A stretch of DNA of 62,854 nt, counting the filler. It is 3 parts of 3 records of this genome, joined end to end, with 100 filler letters (N's around TTAATTAATTAA, not from the genome) between each part and the next. Parts side by side here need not be neighbours in the genome. Positions count along the whole stretch, not along the records: positions 17,851 to 49,733 come from SRR16203515_1183; 2 more parts are not named here. One strand, written 5' to 3'. Below are positions 31,460 to 39,459 of the stretch, piece after piece. The translations under genes were made by a program, and so were the position numbers. How positions within the stretch are numbered: the stretch's first letter is position 1; each line of letters starts with the position of its first letter. The notes below the pieces were generated by a model. That model was not told the DNA's origin and searched no databases. It saw nothing but the letters and a program-made list of their open reading frames with translations.

Positions 31460-31582
31460 GGTTAATTAGCCGCTCCTGCCTCTTTATTCTTAACGATTGA
31501 AATTTGAAGAATTTTTTATACAAATTATTTTATTAGATATAAGATTACAACATTTACTGCAATCCAGAAACCTCCATCCATT

Positions 31583-32194
31583 ATGAATTCCTATTTGCCC
31601 GACTTGCTCAGCGATCTAGCGGCGGTATGTCACGAATCTCATCAAGACCCCTTCCTCTCGCTCTCGAAACAAATCGATGAGGTGCCAAGATCCCGCCTTC
31701 CCAACCCGGCAACCGAGACTCTTACAAGTAAAAAGTCTCTTGACCGAGCAATCTCGGGTATCCCCGCGAATCTATCGCTTCGAATGTCGGGCTCAATCGC
31801 AGCGCAACAATCGCCTTGGTCAGAGGCGAGTCGGGGAATTCCTGAATTCTTTGCCGGAGGCTACGCCTATTCGATACTGGTCGATGAGCACGGAACCTGT
31901 GGCCCGGAGCCGATTCGCGTGGGCTTTCTTCTTCAGCAAGACCATGTCGCCTACCCCGGTCATGCGCATGATGCCGAAGAGTTTTACTTCATTTTGAGCG
32001 GAACCGCAGCATGGCGCGTGGACAATCAACATTTTCAGGCCAAACCGGGCGACCTCATTCATCACGCCTCGGCAGCGATTCATGAGATGAATACCGCGGA
32101 TGAACCGCTTTTAGCGATCTGGGCATGGCGAGGAAATCTAGGAGGTCGATTCTGGTATGAGAGCAATCCAAATATCGATTGCCCTTTATCCTAG
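31583..32194 (+). CDS. Cupin DMSP lyase-like protein (DddQ/DddL family)
   Basis: YPGHAHDAEEFYFILSG and PGDLIHH...IHEMNT.DEPLLAIWAW cupin motifs; 203 aa, a DddQ-like size. Confidence 0.72.
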   Translation: MNSYLPDLLSDLAAVCHESHQDPFLSLSKQIDEVPRSRLPNPATETLTSKKSLDRAISGIPANLSLRMSGSIAAQQSPWSEASRGIPEFFAGGYAYSILVDEHGTCGPEPIRVGFLLQQDHVAYPGHAHDAEEFYFILSGTAAWRVDNQHFQAKPGDLIHHASAAIHEMNTADEPLLAIWAWRGNLGGRFWYESNPNIDCPLS

Positions 32195-32251
32195 AAGCTT
32201 CTATCCAAAAAAAGCAATCGAAGTAAAACCGCTATTCAACTCACTCAGAAA

Positions 32252-32815
32252 TTAGCCGTTATCGCTTAAAACACCCTGCACTAATTTCACAAGATGCTCA
32301 TAATTGGACCCGAATGGGACCAATGCTTTAACTTCACCCAATCGGTTCAGAACAATAATGTTTGACGAGTGATCAACTGTATAACTATCCCCTTGCGCAA
32401 TTCGTCGATACGACACGTTAAACAATTTTGCGGCCTTGTCTATTTCTTTGTTGGCTCCAGTTAACCCAATGATACGAGCATGGAAAAATGGTGCGTAAGT
32501 AGACAGTTTCTGAACAGTATCCCGCTCCGGGTCGACAGTAATAAATAAGCCTATAACTTTATCATCAGGAAGTGCATCAAGCGCTTGGCTAATGTGTGTG
32601 AGCTCCATCGGACAAATACTTGGGCAGTATGTAAACCCAAAATAAAGTAACGCTACTTTCCCCTTTAAACTATCGAATTCGAACTCTTTGCCCGTGTGCG
32701 CCGTCAAATTAAAGCTGTCGTCGATAGTTGAATACACGACTCGATCAGAGCTTACCGATCCAGTCATTAGAATAGAAACAATGCTTGAAAAAAACCAAAA
32801 ACGAACTCGCCTCAC
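32252..32815 (-). CDS. SCO1/SenC copper chaperone
   Basis: FGFTYCPSICP (CxxxC), TVDPERDT, YTVDHS. Confidence 0.93.
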   Translation of the reverse strand: MRRVRFWFFSSIVSILMTGSVSSDRVVYSTIDDSFNLTAHTGKEFEFDSLKGKVALLYFGFTYCPSICPMELTHISQALDALPDDKVIGLFITVDPERDTVQKLSTYAPFFHARIIGLTGANKEIDKAAKLFNVSYRRIAQGDSYTVDHSSNIIVLNRLGEVKALVPFGSNYEHLVKLVQGVLSDNG

Positions 32816-32838
32816 TTTAGGAGTACTTCCTTATCGTC

Positions 32839-34752
32839 TTAGTGCACTGAGCCATCGTTCTGTATCGGATCTCCGACCGGTGCCGCAAATGCGTCAAGAA
32901 CTAATGCGTCCGCATTATCACCAGTCAATGTTTCCATAAACGCGACGAGGTCATTCTGTTCTTGCACCGTCAGCCCAAGTGGTCGGATCAAAGAACTTTG
33001 TAAATCATGAGGCACACCCCCCCGATTGTAAAATGCCACTACTTCATTAAGGGAACTGAACCGCCCGTTATGCATAAAGGGTGCAGTCAAAGCAATATTT
33101 CTCAACGTAGGAGTCCGATACTTCCATCGATCGGCTGGATCCTCAGTAATTTCATAACGTCCCAAGTCAGCGGGAGGTTTTTCACCCACGGTATTTACAA
33201 TATCCGGATCAACATTAAGAAAAACGCCGGGGGCAAGGGTTACCCTAACCGGGCCTGACCCAGACCCAATTGAATTTTCAAAACCAAGTCCGGTATTGTG
33301 TAATTTATTGTCGGTAAAGAGCGCATGATCTTCGTTAATCAGGTGGCAATTCGAACAACCAGCTCGACCAATAAATAGATCATAGCCTCGCTTCGCTTCA
33401 TCCGTAATCACATCATCCTCCCCGCCAAAATGCCAACGGTCAAATGCTGAGTTTCCAGAAACCAGAGTCCGCTGATAAGCTGCGAGCGCCATACCCAAAG
33501 TGTCCATCGCGACCGGGCGACCTTTAAACGCTGCCTCAAAAAGATTATCGTAGTCAGGAAAAGATCGAATCTTCCCTAGCAAGTAACCAATCGAGGGGTT
33601 CGCCATCTCGTTCCGGGATAAAAATGGCGACCAGATCTGTTGCTCAAGATTGTCCTCTCGAGCATCGTAAAAAAGCGAATCCATATAAGCAATGTTATAT
33701 AGAGTTGGAGAATTTCGTCTTACCGATCTTCCCTCTACGCCAACGGCTGTGGCCATTTCATTACTCGTAAATCCTTGATCCGGGATATGACACATGGCGC
33801 AAGAAAACGTATCGTTAATCGATAGCCTTCGATCAAAAAACAACTTCCGACCAAGCTTGATTTTTTCCGGCGTTGCGATATTCCCTGATGGTTGGGGAAC
33901 AGGCGGTAATCCCAGTGGCGGGCTCTCAATCAGGTTATATAAATTGACCGGCCTTCCTTCTCGTAACGCGAGCGCCAAGCTATCGGTCTCATAGTTAGAT
34001 GACTCATATCCGTCTTTTCCATCTCCCGGTCGAGAATATTTGCTAACCGCCGGACTATTAAGTTTTTGGACTGATTGACCCTCCAAAGGCATTAGTAACG
34101 AGCGAACATCATTCAAAAGCAGGTCCGCATGCAAAAAAGATACGCTGTAAATATTACGTATCATGCTCTGCTGATCGATCAAATAGACTTTCAGAAGATG
34201 CGAAATATCCTGAGTCTCACCCGTTTCAACATCGATAAATTTCTCAATCTCCTGTCCATAGCCCTCAAGAATTGGCCGCAGGGTATCAATTGAATCCGTT
34301 GTCACAAAACGCCAGTCCCCTCTTGAATTAGCGTAGTGAAAGTTATTCGAATACAGTTGCATCCTGTCTGGTGTGTCCCGCTCCGGATCGAAGCTAAGGC
34401 TAATCAAACGAACGCCGTTCTCAAGTTCAAGATCGTTTTGGATTTCGGTTTTTATTTTTTGAAAAACAAACGAAGATAAAGGGCAACCATTTACATCACT
34501 GCACGAACTGAACATAAAACTTAGTAAAACGACCCGATCCCCGAACAAATCATGCAGTCGAGCCAAATTACCATCCGAATCAAGAATATTTCCGTCTGCC
34601 GCCTTTTGAATCGGCGGCAGTTGGTAGCTTCCCGGCAGCGGTGGATCATATTCAAGTGGGCCATAGCCGGGCGCAAGAACTCCGGAGGCATGTACCTGGG
34701 CGATCCATAGAAGTGAGAAGAAAAAACTTAATCTTCCAACAATTAATCTCAT
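32839..34752 (-). CDS. SCO1/SenC-MauG (di-haem peroxidase) fusion, methanethiol oxidase maturation protein
   Basis: N-terminal SCO domain (CSDVNGC, SFDPERDT, SHLLKVYLID). C-terminal CAMCH and CSNCH haem sites, RNSPT, YRTPTLRNIALTAPFMHNG. Confidence 0.9.
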   Translation of the reverse strand: MRLIVGRLSFFFSLLWIAQVHASGVLAPGYGPLEYDPPLPGSYQLPPIQKAADGNILDSDGNLARLHDLFGDRVVLLSFMFSSCSDVNGCPLSSFVFQKIKTEIQNDLELENGVRLISLSFDPERDTPDRMQLYSNNFHYANSRGDWRFVTTDSIDTLRPILEGYGQEIEKFIDVETGETQDISHLLKVYLIDQQSMIRNIYSVSFLHADLLLNDVRSLLMPLEGQSVQKLNSPAVSKYSRPGDGKDGYESSNYETDSLALALREGRPVNLYNLIESPPLGLPPVPQPSGNIATPEKIKLGRKLFFDRRLSINDTFSCAMCHIPDQGFTSNEMATAVGVEGRSVRRNSPTLYNIAYMDSLFYDAREDNLEQQIWSPFLSRNEMANPSIGYLLGKIRSFPDYDNLFEAAFKGRPVAMDTLGMALAAYQRTLVSGNSAFDRWHFGGEDDVITDEAKRGYDLFIGRAGCSNCHLINEDHALFTDNKLHNTGLGFENSIGSGSGPVRVTLAPGVFLNVDPDIVNTVGEKPPADLGRYEITEDPADRWKYRTPTLRNIALTAPFMHNGRFSSLNEVVAFYNRGGVPHDLQSSLIRPLGLTVQEQNDLVAFMETLTGDNADALVLDAFAAPVGDPIQNDGSVH

Positions 34753-34822
34753 ATTTTTTGACTACATGACCTTCCAACCGATGGAGAAAACATCCTTAAG
34801 CCCGAGGCGTACTGAACACAGA

Positions 34823-34841
34823 CGCGCCGCTTTACGGCGCG
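34823..34841 (-). other. GC-rich stem-loop just after the mtoX stop
   Basis: CGCGCCG-CTTTA-CGGCGCG inverted repeat between mtoX and the SCO-MauG gene, without a clear U-tract. Confidence 0.5.
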
Positions 34842-34852
34842 CCCCTCCAGGC

Positions 34853-36226
34853 CTACTCGCTATTTGCCAAACGGACAGTTGGATCACTGGCCGCACCGGA
34901 TGCATAGAGCGAATACGCGTTGAACCGCATTTGATGAGAACGCCCTAATTTTTCCGCATTGAAATCAATCTCGAATTGCTTCGTCAATTCCGCGCCATCC
35001 CAATGATAAGCTCTGAAATATTGTTCATTATCGGCGCCTTTTTTATCCCAGTTTCCCAAAAGCGAACTGGTGTAGTACTGGCGCTTTCCATCCCAACTTC
35101 CGGAGACCATGTTGACCTGAGTCCCGATCACTTTCTCATAAACCTGTTTGGGGTTATGTGGATCAGTCATATCAAAAAAGCGAGTTTTTCCATCCATAAA
35201 CGTATTTACAAAAAACCCTGAATCGTCCGACAAAATTGAAAAATCGACCGGAAGTGGAATCTTGGAGGCATCGCCGATGTCTGCAATTGCTTTAGCTTGC
35301 CATTCCCCCATGTCGTCCTCAAAAATCATCCAGACTTTTGAGGTTAACGCGGTAGTTGTTAAACACCAATTATGGTCAGGCCGCCACGCACAACGGATCT
35401 CAAGAGGCGCTCCCGGGACGTCCAAAACTTTCTTTGGTTTCCGGCTATGAAGGTCCCAAACGACCACCGTATTACCAAATCGCTTCATTGCCTCGCTATC
35501 ACTGACAAGTTTACCCAAATCCATCATATAGTTTGTCCAGCCCGTAAACGATGATGTGACCATTAGATTTTTTCTTGGCAGCACCCGCACGTCATAACCG
35601 TAACCATCCGCAAACTTGCCACTTTTTTCCGCGCCGCGCAAATCTTCATCTGTCGGCATCCAGTGGGTCGTCACATAATCACCAGCGTTTGTATATTCCA
35701 CGAGACCCGTGCGTCCGCCATGGTCTTTATTGTTGGAAAGCCCGGTAATCATCATTCGTCCAGGCAATGCGTAAGTTGTATGGGGGCCCACCACGCCACC
35801 ACTGGCTGCCACAAAATTCTCAATGATCTTGTGCAAGGTTGGTTTTGCTGGATCCGAATAAACATCAAAAATAAAAATTTTATTTGTATCGAGACCGCCC
35901 GCCCAAAGGTATTTTCGATCGTCTGTAAATCCGGAATGATGCGCTTCATTTCTTCCTCCAACGGAAAGAGAATTAATCACAGTTCCATAGGTTGGGGACG
36001 CAGGATTAACGTCGATCGTTACCAACTTGTCCTGCCCGTCACCCAGACCTTCAACGCCTAGCGTCCAGACATAAACGAAGTCCTCCTGCCCAGTTATCTT
36101 CGCCATATAAGGCGACATGCACGTCTCATCAGCGACCACGTTAGTTGCGGTGCCTACAATTACGGCGCCCAACGTTAGCGACAACGCCGCTCTTCCGATA
36201 CTTCGAAACCCCTTTGTGATTTTCAT
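34853..36226 (-). CDS. mtoX: Methanethiol oxidase (SBP56/SELENBP1 family, periplasmic)
   Basis: Signal peptide, then DETCMSPY, EAHHSGFTDDR, GPHT, SSFTGW and SSLLGNWDKK (the two candidate TTQ tryptophans). Followed by SCO and MauG genes as in known mto clusters. Confidence 0.9.
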   Translation of the reverse strand: MKITKGFRSIGRAALSLTLGAVIVGTATNVVADETCMSPYMAKITGQEDFVYVWTLGVEGLGDGQDKLVTIDVNPASPTYGTVINSLSVGGRNEAHHSGFTDDRKYLWAGGLDTNKIFIFDVYSDPAKPTLHKIIENFVAASGGVVGPHTTYALPGRMMITGLSNNKDHGGRTGLVEYTNAGDYVTTHWMPTDEDLRGAEKSGKFADGYGYDVRVLPRKNLMVTSSFTGWTNYMMDLGKLVSDSEAMKRFGNTVVVWDLHSRKPKKVLDVPGAPLEIRCAWRPDHNWCLTTTALTSKVWMIFEDDMGEWQAKAIADIGDASKIPLPVDFSILSDDSGFFVNTFMDGKTRFFDMTDPHNPKQVYEKVIGTQVNMVSGSWDGKRQYYTSSLLGNWDKKGADNEQYFRAYHWDGAELTKQFEIDFNAEKLGRSHQMRFNAYSLYASGAASDPTVRLANSE

Positions 36227-36412
36227 AACTTATCTTCCTCCGAGAAACAAAACGCGAAATTGAATTAATCTATTCATCGAATACGCCGAGGCTCCTACAT
36301 ATGGAGCGATCGACCCATTGATCCTAATTATTAATAAATCTATGCCCACTCGTCGAGGTCTTTTTTTTGTTAATTCGAAATTGGGAAAAAAACCACTTCA
36401 ACCAAATATGTC

Positions 36413-36460
36413 GTGGGAAAGAAGACTATTTCTGAATTTCGGAGATAGGATTTTTCCCAC
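36413..36460. promoter_or_regulatory. Long imperfect inverted repeat upstream of mtoX (candidate operator or hairpin)
   Basis: GTGGGAAA...CTATTTCTGAA-T-TTCGGAGATAG...TTTCCCAC. Confidence 0.4.
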
Positions 36461-36600
36461 CTTTGCGAGGCTTGAACCACAAATAAAGGTTTCACCGAGG
36501 ATAAACCGTCGCGTCAAACAACGTCCTTGTCCCGTTGGAACCGCCTGACAATCTGTTTGGGTCGAAAGCAAAACTGGCGTGTTCGTTTCGAAATCGTGAC

Positions 36601-36719
36601 GGTTACTTTTCTCGGGACTCCATTCGGTAATTCCGAACCCTGAAACCGCTCGGGACCAAGCGTCTTAACCAGTGCGGGTGGCGAGTATATAAGAACCCTT
36701 AGGTTCCTGTGTTGCCACC
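36601..36719. ncRNA. Candidate structured RNA element (multi-stem plus long hairpin), family unassigned
   Basis: GGTTA/TAACC outer stem, TTCGG/CCGAA hairpin, CGCTCGG/CCAAGCG hairpin, TCTCGGG/CCCTGAAA pairing, and a GGTGGC...GAACC-CTTA-GGTTC...GCCACC hairpin. Confidence 0.3.
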
Positions 36720-36768
36720 AAAACGCTATCCGTAATCCAACGTAAAAATGGATCTAAGCCGATTTGGG

Positions 36769-37002
36769 TCAACCGCCCGTCAGTGGCGCCATCACTACCA
36801 TCTCGTTTCCATCTATCAGTCTGGTTTGATCTCTTTTTGCTCTTGACACCGCCTGGCCATCAATAGACACCAACCCCACCTGTTCGACTGGGATCCCGAG
36901 TAAATCGATCGCATCAGAAATGCTGGCGCCATCAGCCAATTCGAGCGCTTCAACCGAGCAAAAATCAATCAAGTGGCCCGTTACTCTTATCCCAATTCGC
37001 AT
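36769..37002 (-). CDS. MoaD/ThiS-family sulfur carrier
   Basis: 77 aa ubiquitin-like pattern ending in PLTGG; directly follows the AOR gene. Confidence 0.9.
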   Translation of the reverse strand: MRIGIRVTGHLIDFCSVEALELADGASISDAIDLLGIPVEQVGLVSIDGQAVSRAKRDQTRLIDGNEMVVMAPLTGG

Positions 37003-37007
37003 GAGCG

Positions 37008-38825
37008 TCAGCCAAGGCCAAGTCGGCCGAGTGTGTCATCAGTTGGCACACCGTCCTCAGACCAGCCGCGAAGGTCATAGTATTCGGGTAGCATTTTATC
37101 GAGTTCATTGACCTTTCCTTTGGCCGTGCCACTAGGCGCCGGATCCTTAAGCAGGCGTTCAGGCAATGTGTCATCTGCTTTTGTCAGGCCGGCGGCCAGA
37201 TTAAACATTCGCTCAAGATTCCAAATGCGTTCCCCAGATTCCATTAAGCGCTCGGCAGTCCAGTCGCCCTCGCTGTCGGCATCTAACTGGGCCGCAAATT
37301 CCGGCGCACCCCACGCCCCCATGGTAAACATGCAAAGCCCGCTCGAATCAACGGCTGCTGTCCAGTCTTGAGATGTTTTGCATGGATCCGCCTTCCCGTC
37401 ACCCGTCTGGTCATCCATATCGACTTCGAACGTATCGTGCTTGAGATGGCAAGCACCCCGATTGCCTGTGGCGTATCCCAACCCCATCCCCTGTAACGCT
37501 CGGGAATCATACCCGGCAAACTCCTGGCCCTTGACCGTCATCGACAATTCGGGATGTCCGTACTTCTCACACATTAACCTCGACCCCAATCCCAACATCA
37601 CCCCAAACCCTTCTTGTTTACCTGTCTTTTCAGCCATAACGGTCAGCGCTTCCGCATTACCGAAGTTCAAAGGCACGCCATCGGTATCCTCGGTGGTAAT
37701 CACGCCCATTTCAAAAAGCTCCATGGCCGCCGCGAGCGTTACCCCAAACGAGATCGGATCAATTCCATGTTCATTCATGAGGTAGCCGGCGAAGGTACAG
37801 GCATCTATATCGTCCACCCCAATGACGGGGCCAAACGCAAACGCGGTCTCGTATTCAAGACCACCTGAAGCATGCCAATATTCCTTCCGGTTTTGGATCG
37901 TGAAGTGGTCTTGGCGGATGTGGGCAATGCGACCGCAGGCAATCGTACACCCAAAGCAGGCTTTATTGGTCAATAGATTGGTGTGGCCGGTGTCGTCCGT
38001 TTTCATCATTGCTTTAGCGTCGACTTTATCCGCTCCCTCAAACTGTACTTCTTGAAAATTCCGCGTCGGTAATCCACCAAACTCCTGCATGGTGTCCATC
38101 ATCGCGTTTGTTCCGTATTTGGTTAATCCTCCGGTATGTTCAGCCAGAAGATTTTTCATTTCTTGGGTCACCGTCATGAATCGCTTCGGATCTTTTACTT
38201 TTACGCCGCCCGTGCCGCGTACCGCCACAGCCTTAAGATTTTTCGAACCCATAACCGTGCCAACACCTGAACGCCCTGCCGCTCGGTGAAGGTCATTAAC
38301 CACCGAGGCGTAGCGCGCACCTCTTTCACCCGCAATGCCGATCGTCGCAATCTTTAGCATCGGATTGTGATGCTGCTTCTTAATCCACTCGTCTGTCTCC
38401 CAAACGGTTTTGCCCCAAATCTTCTCGGCAGGGGCGAGACTTATCTCATCTCCTTCAATCAGCAAATAGACGGGATTTTCTGACCGACCCTCGACAAGCA
38501 GTAAGTCAAATCCGGCATATTTAAGTTCTGCGCCAAACTTGCCGCCACTATTCGAGCAGGCAATCGCGCCTGTCAGCGGACTCTTGGTGATGACGGCATA
38601 CCGTCCACTTGTCGAAGCATTTGTCCCCGTCAACGGGCCCGTTGCGAAAATTAGGACATTGTCAGGCGCCATGGCATCTGCTTTGGGATCCATATTCTCC
38701 CAAAGATATTTGGTACCTAATCCGCGCTCACCAATGTAATCGTTCGCCCATTCCATGTTGAGCGCCTCTGGCGTAATCTCGTGTGTGGTGAGATTCACGC
38801 GCAAAATTTTTCCCTGCCAACTCAT
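37008..38825 (-). CDS. Aldehyde:ferredoxin oxidoreductase catalytic subunit (W-bis-pterin family, AorB-like)
   Basis: KILRVNLT, KSPLTG..ACSNSGG, AAGRSGVGTVMGSKNLKA, CFGCTIACG, EYET, GIDPIS, DDTLPERLL, YYDLRGW. ATG at 38825 overlaps the upstream stop (ATGA). Confidence 0.93.
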   Translation of the reverse strand: MSWQGKILRVNLTTHEITPEALNMEWANDYIGERGLGTKYLWENMDPKADAMAPDNVLIFATGPLTGTNASTSGRYAVITKSPLTGAIACSNSGGKFGAELKYAGFDLLLVEGRSENPVYLLIEGDEISLAPAEKIWGKTVWETDEWIKKQHHNPMLKIATIGIAGERGARYASVVNDLHRAAGRSGVGTVMGSKNLKAVAVRGTGGVKVKDPKRFMTVTQEMKNLLAEHTGGLTKYGTNAMMDTMQEFGGLPTRNFQEVQFEGADKVDAKAMMKTDDTGHTNLLTNKACFGCTIACGRIAHIRQDHFTIQNRKEYWHASGGLEYETAFAFGPVIGVDDIDACTFAGYLMNEHGIDPISFGVTLAAAMELFEMGVITTEDTDGVPLNFGNAEALTVMAEKTGKQEGFGVMLGLGSRLMCEKYGHPELSMTVKGQEFAGYDSRALQGMGLGYATGNRGACHLKHDTFEVDMDDQTGDGKADPCKTSQDWTAAVDSSGLCMFTMGAWGAPEFAAQLDADSEGDWTAERLMESGERIWNLERMFNLAAGLTKADDTLPERLLKDPAPSGTAKGKVNELDKMLPEYYDLRGWSEDGVPTDDTLGRLGLG

Positions 38826-39295
38826 GACGCTGTCTCCTGATTTATTTGTTGCGCAGCCGACGCCATTCGCCCTACGCCAGAAGCGCCGGCGTCGACGTAG
38901 GTAATCGCATCCGTGGGGCACGCCGCGACGCACTGGGGGTCTCCTCCACAAAGATCGCATTTATCGACCTTTCCGCTAAAAGGATTAAACTCGATCGTCC
39001 CAAAAGGGCATGCTGAGACACAGGCTTTACAGCCCACACAAGCCTGGGCGCTGACCAGTTTTGCCCCTAAATCACTATCAATGGATATCGCGTTCGTTGG
39101 ACATGCTTTCATACACCATGCTTCGACGCATTGCGTACAGGTATAAGGAACCGATGTACGGCCATGCTCAAACTCGAACACCCGAATCCGAGAGCGAGCT
39201 GGAATAAACTCTCCTTCATGCTCAAAACTGCAAGCCATCTCACACTGCAGACATCCCGTGCATAAACTTGGCTCCATATGAAGCGATCGCTGCAT
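38822..39295 (-). CDS. 4x[4Fe-4S] electron-transfer subunit (AorA/DmsB-like)
   Basis: CTGCLQCEMAC, CTQC...CMKACP, CVGCKACVSACP, KCDLC...CVAACP. Confidence 0.92.
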   Translation of the reverse strand: MQRSLHMEPSLCTGCLQCEMACSFEHEGEFIPARSRIRVFEFEHGRTSVPYTCTQCVEAWCMKACPTNAISIDSDLGAKLVSAQACVGCKACVSACPFGTIEFNPFSGKVDKCDLCGGDPQCVAACPTDAITYVDAGASGVGRMASAAQQINQETAS

Positions 39296-39459
39296 ATCAC
39301 GACTCCTTTAAAAAAAATTTCCCATTTGTTCTGTGGCCCAATTTACCAAAAAAAGATGCCTTCGTGACACTATCTTTACAAACCTCCCCTCTATAATTAC
39401 TGCTCGGCCACTATGGAAATTAATAGTGCATCCAGACTTGGAACTGATACCACTCAAAA

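Noticed and set aside
34853-36226. Selenium metabolism role for the SBP56-family gene
   Set aside because: The signal peptide, conserved Trp motifs and SCO/MauG neighbours point to methanethiol oxidase, and there is no in-frame UGA.
36318-36548. 76-aa ORF in the mtoX upstream region
   Set aside because: TTG start, no clear SD, no motif, and it overlaps the inverted repeat; probably spurious.
36677-36720. tRNA-, tmRNA- or 6S-like element ending in GCCACCA
   Set aside because: Only a 43-nt hairpin, with no T-loop, D-arm or anticodon arm and no 6S-like long flanking duplex.
38826-38960. Arg-rich N-terminal extension of AOR (apparent Tat-like RRRR)
   Set aside because: It is an alternative frame within the FeS-subunit gene. 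The real start is the ATG at 38825 with an ATGA overlap.
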